Below, one piece after another: positions 25,625-36,857 of a DNA stretch of 64,000 nucleotides. The notes beneath the pieces are model-generated. The model was not told the DNA's origin. It saw only the letters and a list, made by a program, of their open reading frames with translations, and did no database searches. A program made the position numbers and the translations under genes. The stretch's first letter is position 1. Each line of letters starts with the position of its first letter. The stretch lies in NCBI GenBank assembly GCA_016748015.1, contig JAAOMT010000327.1, positions 28,966-92,965 on the forward strand, in the 5' to 3' direction. The stretch is from Geosiphon pyriformis uo1. Lineage: Eukaryota; Fungi; Glomeromycota.

Positions 25625-27501
25625 ATGTCGAATAAAAAAGCTCTTGTTGGTGCTTTTTCTGGTTCTGTTGGTGGTCCCTCCTCTCAAAAAAAAAGGGTTT
25701 TCCTTCGCCATATGAATCAGTCTGGTGATAGAAACAAAGCTGTTTTGGCCAAACTTCATTCTAATAGGAGTCAATACTCGGATATGAAAAGTGATTCTGG
25801 TGACAGTGTTGCTGGTGGCATCTTGGCTGGTGGTGATGATGGGTCTCTTCTTGGCTTGGCTGCAACAATTTCTAAGGCAAAGAGAGTTAAGAATAATTGG
25901 ACTGCGGCTCCCCTCTTGGTTCATTAGATTACAACATAAATGATGATGATAGTAGGCCTCTCTCCCTTCCTCTTGGTATTCCTTTAGAAAAAATGTGGTT
26001 AGATCCCAAAATTGTTAAATCTCAAGTGGAAGTTGCTGTTAGGAAGTTTTTTGTATTAAATATTAATCTCTCAGCTGTGGAAGGCAAATCGGCGACTGCG
26101 AAAACTCAATTGATCAGGAAATTGTTTTCAAAAATCAATGGTTTTGGGGAGACCACTACCCCCTCAAAATTTGAAGGAATTATCAGATCGACGTTTACTT
26201 TATCAGAGAGCTTGGAAAAGGCCGCATCATTGGCCAAGGAAAATAATATCATAGTAAACAGTGATCTTAAGAGACAAGGAATTCGCTCAGATTGGGCTGT
26301 AATAATCAAAGAAATTCCCATGGATATGCCAAAAGAAATGATCATCACCGCAGTATCCGAGTATGGTCAGATTGTGTCTATCAAAGTTTAGTTAATTGGG
26401 CTGTGGCAAAAGGCTGTGGTGGAGTTTGTCGAATCTAGCCAGGCTGATCTGTTGGCATCAAAATGGTCTTTCTTAGTTGGGAAAGATTCTGTGCATGTGG
26501 CCAAGGCTGTGCGAAATCATGAGACATGGACTTTTAGGAATCAATTCAGGGTGCTTTTGTTTACTTTGCCAGTGGAAACAACAGCTCATGATCTTGGGAA
26601 TCTATTGGAAGGGGCTGGTGGGAAAACTTGTGTCATCAATTGTTCATTGGAGACTGGCAACAGAACATGCTGTGCTGTGGTATGTTTTGAATCTGATGAA
26701 GCTATGAAATCAGCTTTTCACATGAAGCCAATCTTTGGTGAAGTAAAACTCTCATGGGCTAAGTTGGATTTAGTTCACTGTGAATGGTGTGGGAAGTTTG
26801 GTCATTCTGCCCTGAAATGTGATGTTGAGGTTGCATCAGTTTCTCAGTCACCCAAGTCACTTAAAAAGTCTGCTAACTTGGATACTCATCTCCAGTTGGC
26901 CAAATTATATGCTAAAAAGAAGGTTCCAATCTCTTGTCCTGTCGCTTTTGGAGACAAATCCTGGGCCCAAGTGGTCTCAGTTGCTTCGGTCTCTCGTAGT
27001 TCTCTTGATGGCCCTGGTTCTGGTTTTCTGCTCTTTGGTGCTTCGAGTTCTGGTGGTATCTCTTCTTCTCTCTCTGTGGTCAATGCCCCCTTGGGTATGC
27101 GTTTGGCATGTCTGGAATGCTCTATAGAGCTTTTATCTGATCAAATTTTGAACATTCTTTTTTGTTTTGATAATCTCAGTTTGGTGCCTTTAGCTCCTCC
27201 TTCTAATATGATTCCTCCAGTGTATACTCCTCAACCATCTGTCTCTGGTTCTCTTATGGTGGCTAACTCTAATGTGAATTCCAACATAGTGTTAGATGTT
27301 CCTTTGACTCAACTCATTTCTTTCCCTTCTAGCAATGATAATTTTCAATTGGGTCATAGCAGTTTCAAGGTGCTGACTTCTAAAATTGGTGTTTTAGAAT
27401 TGAAGTTGGTTGCTTTCGATGCCTCTATTGGTTTGATTTTGGCGAAGTTAGAACAGATGTGTACTGGTTCGGGTTCTCTGGTCCTCTCCTCATCTCAATG
27501 A
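25625..27501 (+). pseudogene. LINE ORF1 (RRM-like, CCHC zinc knuckle)
   Basis: ORFs 25460..25927, 25897..26391 and 26416..27501; CEWCGKFGHSALKC knuckle; one frameshift and one stop. The start codon is uncertain. Confidence 0.9.
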
Positions 27502-30500
27502 CCAGTTATATTTGGAAAATTGCCATGTGCAATGTTAGGGGTATGAACAATCCTGCAAAACAGGAGAATATTATTTGTTGACATAAAGAAATGAACAATA
27601 TGATTTCAATTGTTACTGAGACTAAGTTGAAAGATGGGGTTTGCTCTTGGATTATGAACAAGTTTGTTGGCATTCAGGTTTTTACTTCTGGTTTGAGTTC
27701 TGGTCACATGGGTTCTGGGGTTGCAATCATTATGAACAATTTCTTGGCTTGGCATGTGTATAAGGTTTTAGACATTCCTGGCCAGTTTCTTTTTGTTAAG
27801 CTTCTCTTCAAAAATAAACTGTCTGTGTCAATTTTGGGGCTATATGCTGGATCATCTTTGGCAGTATGTTTCTCTCAGGCAGATGATATCAATTCTTTGA
27901 TTGCGAGAGCAGTAAATGAGTCTTTTTTCATCATCTTGGGTGGTGATTTCAATGAAGATGGTTCTCACAAAAGTGCCAGCTTAAAAAAATGCTTTGATTT
28001 GGGTTTGGTCAACTCTTTGAGTGGAAGCTTGTTTGGAAAGAATGCTACGTGGAACAATTCTCATGGAGTGGCTAAAGTTATTGATTATGTGTTTGTGTTG
28101 TCAAGTCTTGTTAACGCAATTTTGGATCGTGATGTGTCTGGTGTCGAAGAGTATTTTGACACTGATCATAAAGCTGTTTCTGTCTCTGTGGGTCTTGGTG
28201 GTTTGCTGGATGTGCAGTTGAACTCATTGTGCAATCAAGTGAATAAAGATCATTGGAAGTACAATTTTGTGAATGCTGGTGATGCCAATTGGATTAAGTT
28301 TAAAGAGGATACTTCAGCGAATGCTGCCATGTTCTGATGAATTTTATGCTGCCAAGATATGTTTGGACCTGGACACAATGTGGAGTCACCTTCACCAAGT
28401 GGTGTGTTTGTTGGCTGAGAACGTTTTCAAAAAAAAATGGTTTAAGAGTTTTGACAGTATCTATAATAGAGTATCATCTAGATTTCACAAATTAAAACTT
28501 TTGGTGTCAAAGATTGTCAAAGCCTCTTGTCTGGTCTCTCATGAGGAATTTGTTTCTCTACTTGACACATGGAAGGGTATTGATACTGCTAATGTTTCTG
28601 TTGTGGAGTCTCTCTTTCTTTCGGGTTCTCATTTTGATGTCATTTGTTCAGCTTTGGCCAGGATAAGGAAATCTTACTGTTCATCTAAGTTGTCTGAATC
28701 AAACCGTGCTAAAGAATCTCAGATTAAATCAGCAATTGACAAGAAAATGGAGAGTTTTGAGTTGAACAAAGGTCATACTGTATGTAGTGTTTTGGAACAA
28801 CCCTTCCACAAGATAGTTTTAGATCATTTGGTGATAGGGGATGAACTGGTGTTGGATTCTGCTCCTGTGAAGTCTAAGGTGGATGAGATTATAGAAGGCT
28901 GGACTAGAAAGCAAAGAGTGGTGTTCGACATTAATGATGAGTGGTCTTACCAGTATTGTTCTTTAGGTTATGTTTTCGATGAAGCTTTTTCTGGTGTAAT
29001 GGGTGTGATCGACTTCGACGAATTGTTTGAGGTTGTTTTCAACTTGCCGGATGGCAAAGCTGCTGGCCTTTCGGGTATCTCGAATGAACTTTGAAAACAT
29101 TGCAATATTTCAGTCTTTAATATGCTCTTGGTGCTTTTAAACTCTTGTCTGTCTGAAGAATCTGTTTCTGGCTCTTGGAGAGAAGCTTGGGTTTTAATGA
29201 TTCCCAAACCGTATGAATAGAAGGGTGTTCTTACAAATACTCATTCTATTGCACTGATTGAGACAGCTCGCAAGATTCTCTTCAAAATACTCTCAGACAG
29301 GATTTCTTCAGCATGCAGTACTCATAATGTCTTTCGTGGTGACAATTTTTCAGTTTTAAAAGGTATGACGACACAGTCCCCCATTTTTGCAGTTGGTTTG
29401 GTTGTTGAAAATGCCCTAGAAAAGAACCAAGAGCTTTGGCTGGTCTTGCAGGATATAAAGAAGATGTATGATTCTGTTGGCTGGGAGCATTTGGAGAAGT
29501 GTTTGGTCAGAATCAAAATGTGCGACAAGTTTATTCAGTTTTTTGGTGGCATTCACAGAGGTCGCACTAATCGAGTCATGACAGATTTTGGTTTGACAGA
29601 TGGTTATCGTGTCCATGATGGTTTAGATCAAGAAGAGGTTTTTTCCTCCCTTCTGTGGCACATTTTTTATGATTCTCTTTTGTGCGAAGTCAAGCTTTAA
29701 GAGAGTGTCTGTGGGTATAGACTAGTTTTTCATTTTGTTTCCAAGAGTGGTCGTGTTAAATCGCAGGCTGGGATTTCTTCCTATTTTGCCACTGGCACCT
29801 TTGTTGATGATACAATTTGGGTTGGCAGTAGTTAGAGAGCTACTCAACACATTTTGGACGTTGCTAGTGAGTTTTTTCGAATTAATGACATCTCAATAAA
29901 CAATGACAAGACAGTAGCTATTCCTATCAATTGTAAAGTTGGAAATTCCGCTCTTTTCATTAGTAGTTCACCTATCTCTGTTGCCAAAAAGGGTGAATCC
30001 CATCAGTATTTCAGCATATTTTTGTCAACTGAGGGCCTTTCCAAACCCAGTTTAGCTAAGGTGCATTCGGACATTCATTTTTTTACAAATTTGGTTCTGA
30101 AAAAAGCTATCTTAGATAAGCAGTTCTTATATTTGGTTTCAGCAGTTCTCCAACCTATAATTAACTATAGGACACAATTTAGCTTTGTTCCTATAGGCAT
30201 TTGCAACAAGTAGAATGCTATAATTTGTAAGGACCTGAAGCTCAAATCTGGCCTTCTACTTGACTTTCCTAGTGATTCGATCCACCACCCCTCCTTTTAT
30301 GGTTTGAGATCTTTTCTGCAGATTCAGTCTGAAGGCAAGGTTGCTTCTCTTATTAATTTTGCCAACTTTGATGGGATTGTGGGACATTTGTTCTCTCATA
30401 GGTCTTATGATCTGCAGGTTTTATGTTGGCGCCCTATTCATCTGTTGAGTTCTCCTATTTGTATTTGTGTTAGCGCCTCTAATAATTTTTTGGTAGGTGT

Positions 30501-32184
30501 GGTTCGCGTGCTTTATAATTGCAAATTGTCATTGGGTGGATCCTTTCCCAATTTCTTTTATGCCAATAGTGGGACACTCATGTCAACTGTTTTGGGTGAA
30601 TCAGTTTTCTCTAGGTGTCTGCCCTCACTTCGGTGGTATGGTGTGGCCTTTGTAGACCAACTTTGTGATCATTATGGTACTGTCTTTGATTGGTCCACAT
30701 TTAAGTGATGGAAGAAACTGGACCCTCGTGGCCCTATTCCTGAGTGGTTCAGACTTTCTGCTGTGTTTCTTGCTGGTGAGAATTCCTCTCTTGTCCGCAT
30801 TCCTCTTCTTGCTAATATTGGTCCCTTGAACATTCTGGGTTCCTTTGGTTTTGTGTCTGTCTGTGATTGTCTTTCACAAGTCAATACAAGAGTGCTATCA
30901 GTCTACACTGATGGGTCATTGAGAAATTTGGGTACGGTTGGCTGTGAAGCAGGTGCTGCAGTCTTTTTCAAGGACATTGGTGTGGGTTTGGATGTTGGTG
31001 TGTCTGGGTTGATGTTATCTACCATGGCTGAGTTATAGGCAATTGCATTGGCTCTCGAGTGTGTTCCTGTTTTTAGTGTTGTTTATTTATTTTCGGATAG
31101 TCAGTCTGCTTTGGATGCTTGTAAATCGGAATTGGGTCTGGTGGTTCTTGATTTCCATAATTGGTGTTGGGTTGAGCGTCAGCACATTGCCAATGTCATT
31201 TACAGTAAGGGTCTAAGAGTTAACTGGCACAAAGTCAAAGGTCATTCTGGGATTTTGGAAAATGAGCATGCTGATGTGATTGCCGGTACTGTTTCTGTTT
31301 CTAACTGGTTTCTTTCTCCTTGCCTGGATGAACACTTTTTGATGGCTGATAACAACGTTGTCTTTGGCAATTCAAGGCACTTTGTCTGTGACACTTTTTG
31401 TGTCATGTGTTATGTGTGTTGGGAGGTGGGGTCTGGTTCAAAATTTTTGCCTGTCAACTTGTGTGCTGATGTTGATTGGTCCCGTTCTTCTTTGGTGTGG
31501 CATCCTGATTTGCATATGACCACTGGTTTCACTAGTAAGGTTTCGGCTAATGCGCGCTCTTATTTTATAAAGGCTTTGCATCATCAGTTGCCTGTGGCTG
31601 TTCGAAAACGGCTTTATAATAGACTTTATCTCAGTGTATTGTGTCTATATTGTGGTAATGTAGAGGTGTCGGATCATGTTTTTTCTTGTAAGGTCAATGA
31701 TTCTGCTTGGCATTGGTTGTTTGATTCTCACATGAACTCTTGGAAAACACTTTCTGGTTCTTCTGTCTCTTCTTCAGTTTTGTTGTAGTTGTTGTCGTTT
31801 TGTGTTTCAGAGTCCTCAGTGTCTATGGCTCTCCATAAGAGTTTTGTTTTTGATAAATGGTTTGGTGAAGCTGTTTCGGTCTTCCATAATCCCAAGGTGA
31901 CATGTTTGGAGGTTGTTAATTTTGTGCGTTCTCTTGGTCTCGCTTTTAGAGATGAGATCTGGTTGGTTCAGGCCAAACACTATGCCTATATGGAAAAGTA
32001 CGGACTTATTCCTTTAGATAGTTCATCTCCTATTTCGGTTTCTGGTTTGACTTCATGGCTTTCTGTTGGTGTGGTTGATTTGCTTGGTATTGATAAAGCT
32101 TTTGGTGTGCATTTTGGTTTTCGCAAGTCTTGTATGTTTTTTTTCAGCATTGGTAATTCAGTTTCTGTCTATATAGCTGTGTAG
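27498..32184 (+). pseudogene. LINE ORF2: APE endonuclease, RT, RNase H, C-terminal CCHC
   Basis: MCNVRGMN, VTETKL, GGDFN, IDYVF, TDHK; QDIKKMYDSV, GLDQEEVFSSLLW, FVDDT; VYTDGS, AEL, FSDSQSAL, KVKGHSG..ENEHAD; CLYCG....DHVFSC. Scattered stops and a frameshift. Confidence 0.95.
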
Positions 32185-35100
32185 TGTTGTCTTGACTGGC
32201 CCGAGTGGCTGGTTACATGTAGAAAATGCATGATTCACACTTAGTTTAGACTATTTCTTTGATGTATAGTGCTAGGTTGTGTGTGGACCTCACTCATTAA
32301 ATAAAAAAAAAAAAAAAAGTTTGTAAACACTTTAAAATTCTTATCTATAATTTTATAAAAAATATTATTAAGATTTCTAAAAAATTTTTTATTGGTTTTA
32401 TTACTTTAAACATTTAAGATCTAAAAAATCACAATTTATTTCTTACTTTACACAACTATTTTTATTCTGTAATATTACTTATTAAGTATAAAATATGTTA
32501 AAAAAAGCTATTTATTTACTACAAAAAAAATTGATAAATTTAATTTGAAAAATTTAAATACTTTTTAGCAAATATAACTTAAAGTTTTCTTGAACCAATA
32601 TGCTAATATTTTTGTCAGTAAAAACAAATTCAGATACACTAATATTATAAAGTATAAGATTAATATTAAAAATACCAGACTTATTAAACTATAAATATAT
32701 TAAGTTATCTCAAATAAAAACAATTTAATTAAACAAAAAGTACAGTAAATATTAGACAATAACTTAATAAAAAAATTATTAAGCCTATAATTGTTATCTG
32801 TTGTTTTGGTTACAAAAAAAAATAGAAAATTTCATTTTTGTATTAATTATTAAAAACTTAATAGTATTATTTAAAGAAATAATTATTCAATTCCTTTAAT
32901 CTAAGAAATTTGGAAAACAAAAAATAATTTTTTTCATTAAATTTAGCCAGCAAATATTAGCAAATCAAAATAAACTTAATTAACAAAAAAACTACTTTTA
33001 CTATTCAAAATAAATATTTTCGAGTTTAATATAATGCTTTTTGGACTTTACAATACTTTTGCTATCTTTTAATGCTTAATAAATATTGTATACAAAAATA
33101 TTTTCTGAAAATTAATTGTTGTTTACTTAGATAACACCAATGTGTTTTCAAAAACATTTAACAATTATTTACTCTATTTTTAACAAGTTTTTAATCATCT
33201 TTAAAACATTAAACTAAAACTTAATCTTGATAAATACTTTTTTAAAAAAACCAAGCTTAAATTTTTGAGACATCAAAAAAGATAAAATAAAACCAAACTT
33301 AGACAAAATCCAAAAAATTAAAAATTTTTCTGTTTCAATTAACTTTTATAAACTACAAAATTTTTTAGAACTTGTTGAATATTACTATTATTTTATAAAA
33401 ATTTTTTTAATATTGTCAAATTTTTTTATTACTTGTTCTTAAAACATGTACTGTATATATAAAAAACTAAACAATAAAAAGCCTTTAATTATTTTAAGTG
33501 CTAACTTATTGAAGCTTTAATTTTAATATATCTGAATTTCAATAAACAGTTTATTATAGTTATAAATATATTAAAAAATGCTTTCAAAGTAGTTTTATCT
33601 TAAATTAAACCAAATTATAAAAAAAATTTAATTGTTTATGTTAACAAAAACACTAATACAGCCAAAAAATATACAATATCACAAACTTAGAATGTTTTAC
33701 TATTTATTAGGCTATATAGAACTAAAAACATTATTTTTACTAATTATTTAACTTATATACTAATCATAAAAAACTTGTTTGATTATTTAGCAAACCACAA
33801 TTCAAAAAAAAATATATAAAATAGAATATTTATTTGTAATAATTTTTATACAAAGTACATTATAAAAAAGAAGCTAAAAATACCAATACTAACAGCTTGT
33901 TAAAAATAACTCAAATCTAATTTTGTATTAATAAATACAACTATTTTAATAATTATACCAATATCTGTTAATATTTTAGTTTAAAAAGAAACTATCTTAA
34001 TAAGAACAAAATTTTATATAAAAACAAGCTTGAAATTACTTTATTTACAAAAACCAATTATATTAATAAAAATGCCAAAACCACATTATACTTCAACAAG
34101 TTATGAAAAATACCAAAAAATTGTTTTATTTAACATGTATTTTGATCTAATAATAGAATACTTTAACAAAAATGCTATCTTAAAAAAAATAATTAATTTA
34201 ATTTATTGGCCAACAATATATAAAAATATTTTTAAATATGTTCTTAATTGTAACTTTTATTAAAAAAAAGAAGAAACCAAAGTAATAAAACCATCTTAAT
34301 TTATTTTAATTGGAAATTTATTTAATAAAATTAGGATTAATTTAGTTAAATATCTTTTAGTTATTACAAAAAAAAATTAATATATTGCAGTAATAGTAAA
34401 CTATTTTACAAAATAATTAAAAGCCTAAACCAATTTAGTTGCAAATGCCAAAACAATAGCTAAATTCGTATACCAAAATCTAATCTGCAAACATAAATGC
34501 CCAAAAATATTATTATTCGATTAAAAAACTTACTTTATTAACAATATTTTAATAGAATTAAGTCAATAATTTAAAATAAAATAACTCTTGTTATCTCTAT
34601 ATTATTCTTAAATAAATGGATTAATAGAACAATTTAACTGAATATTGTGTAAAGCACTAGTAAAAATAAGTTATAAACATATACAAGAATTAGACTTATT
34701 TATATTCTTAATATTATTTACATACTAAAATATTGAAGCAAAATATTATCCAATTTTTATTATTTAAACTAATATATAAAAAAATTACACTGTTTGTTAA
34801 ATTAGATATTTTTTTTCTTGACAGAAACAATTACTAAAAAAAACTTTGAAGTTATTTTATATCAAAAAACATGAAATATTAGAAAACAATTATAAAACAG
34901 CAGTTGACAATATTAATAATTTTTAGAAATAACAAAAAAAGAGACATGATAATTGTCTATTGAATTAACCAATTAAATTTAAGATTGGAGACCAAGTATT
35001 ATTATATTGTATTAAAGTTAAAAAACAGTACAGTAAAAAATTTGACCCAAAGTAAAATAAACTATTTTATATATATGAAGTTCTGAACAATAGAGCTTAC

Positions 35101-36005
35101 AAATTATAATTAGAAAACAGAATTTTAAAGAAATTCATACATGAAAATTATCTAAAACTTTATCATATAATACAAAAATTAATAATATTTATATCTTAAT
35201 TAAAAACACAAATTTTATTAATTAGACTTAATTTTAAGAAATTTAAAACCAATTATTATGAACAAACACAATATATGTACAAAAATTTGAATCATGTAAA
35301 TTAAATAAATAAATACAAAAAAAACGAGAAAAAAAACTTAAATCACTTTTAACATAGATCTATTAAACAAAATTCTAAAACTTTTACAACAATTATTTGA
35401 AGCAATTCAATAATTTATAACATTAATAAAAATCACAATTAATAAAAAAATAATAATACAAAAATACAAGCAAAGAAAAGATGAATAAGAGTTCAACTAA
35501 AATTAGACATTTCTATTTCTATAAATAATCAAAAAAAATATGTGGTCTTAAACAATGAAAAAAATTAGAAAAGCTTTATATAATTTAGTCTTAAAACCAA
35601 ATACTAGAAAATAAATTTCTTAAATTTCTTAAATGTAGAAAAAAAAATTTCTATTAACATATTGGTTTTTTAAAATTAGCAAAAAATTAGACTTACAAAC
35701 ACTATATTTAAATATCAACAAACAAATATTTAACAGAAAAGCTTTTAAACAAATAAAAAAATTCATTAAAAAAAACAACTTAATACTATTCTATAAGACA
35801 ATATATTGACTATATTTAGTATTCAAATGTTGTTCTATTATACTATTAAACAAATTATTAAAGACTATTACAGTTAATAACATAAAATAAATAACAAATT
35901 TTCAATTTAAAAAACTACAAAAAACAATAATTAATATAATAATTAAATATTATACTAAAAATACATATAATTTTACAAAAATTTAATTCTAAAAAAAAGA
36001 AATAA

Positions 36006-36857
36006 TATTACTCAAATAGTAAAACCAATTCAAAACTATTAAAAGAATATAATTAATATATGATAATATCAAAAAAATATAATAATACAAAATAACACAA
36101 AATAATATAAAATAATACAAAATAATATAAAATAACTTAAAATAATACACAATAATATAAAATAGTACAGAATAATTAGTAATAACATAAAATAACTAAT
36201 TATAAGATAAAAAACAAAGCAATAGCTAATAATAACAAATAATTAAAAGCAATTTTGTAGAACTAGAGAATATGTTTAAAAAAAATAATTTTAACAAATA
36301 GAAAAAAAACAAAAATTACTTTTTTTTTAATATTTTAATCTTTATTTAATCAATTTTTATTTTATATATATTCATAAACCAATTAAATAAAAATCTTAAC
36401 AACTTGAATTAATTATTTTTAATTATAACAATTAACAGAATATTAATTTTTTTTTAATTTTTTTTTAATTTTTTTTTAATTTTTTTTTTTATTCTCTCTA
36501 TTTTTTTTAATAGAGTAGCAACATTAAAAGTTGACTGTTTAAAAATAAACTTTATAATAGTCTGGTAAAAAAAAAGTTTTTTTTAGGTTTGAATATTAAT
36601 TTTATTTTGCTAACTTACCAGAAAAACAAAAAAACAATGCTAAATTCTAGTAATTGTACTAATTTGTTTAAAAAAAGATATAACTTGAATAATACAATTA
36701 AAAAAACCATATTTCTGTGCTTTATAACAAAAAAACTTAATAGATAAAATATTAAACCAAACTTAAGGCAATTTTATTCAATCTATATATTGTTTTTAAT
36801 ATTAAATTATTGAATATTAAATATTATAAAAATATATTAACAAGTTTATTTATAATA
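36006..36857 (+). repeat. 3' LTR of copy B with decayed 10-bp array (~36082-36201)
   Basis: A-rich PPT, then TATTA (TGTTA); colinear with 3736-4826. Confidence 0.85.

Larger units (their letters stand above)
25477..32315 (+). mobile_element. Full-length LINE copy B (~6.8 kb) with RNase H
   Basis: TSD AAAGTTTGTAAA at 25465-25476 and 32316-32327; poly(A) tail from ~32303; two ORFs; the Gypsy sequence resumes across the insertion. Confidence 0.97.
20547..36857 (+). mobile_element. Ty3/Gypsy copy B (same family as A), strongly hypermutated; lacks its 5' LTR; carries a solo LTR and a full-length LINE
   Basis: gag core ~20860-21250 (IAKLKKFT..FLQYF); protease ~22100-22560; Cys-rich domain ~22760-23370; split dUTPase; RT VYLDNT at 33121; integrase FKIGDQVLL at ~34980; ORF3; LTR 36006-36857. 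32415-36857 is colinear with 1-4826. Confidence 0.9.
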
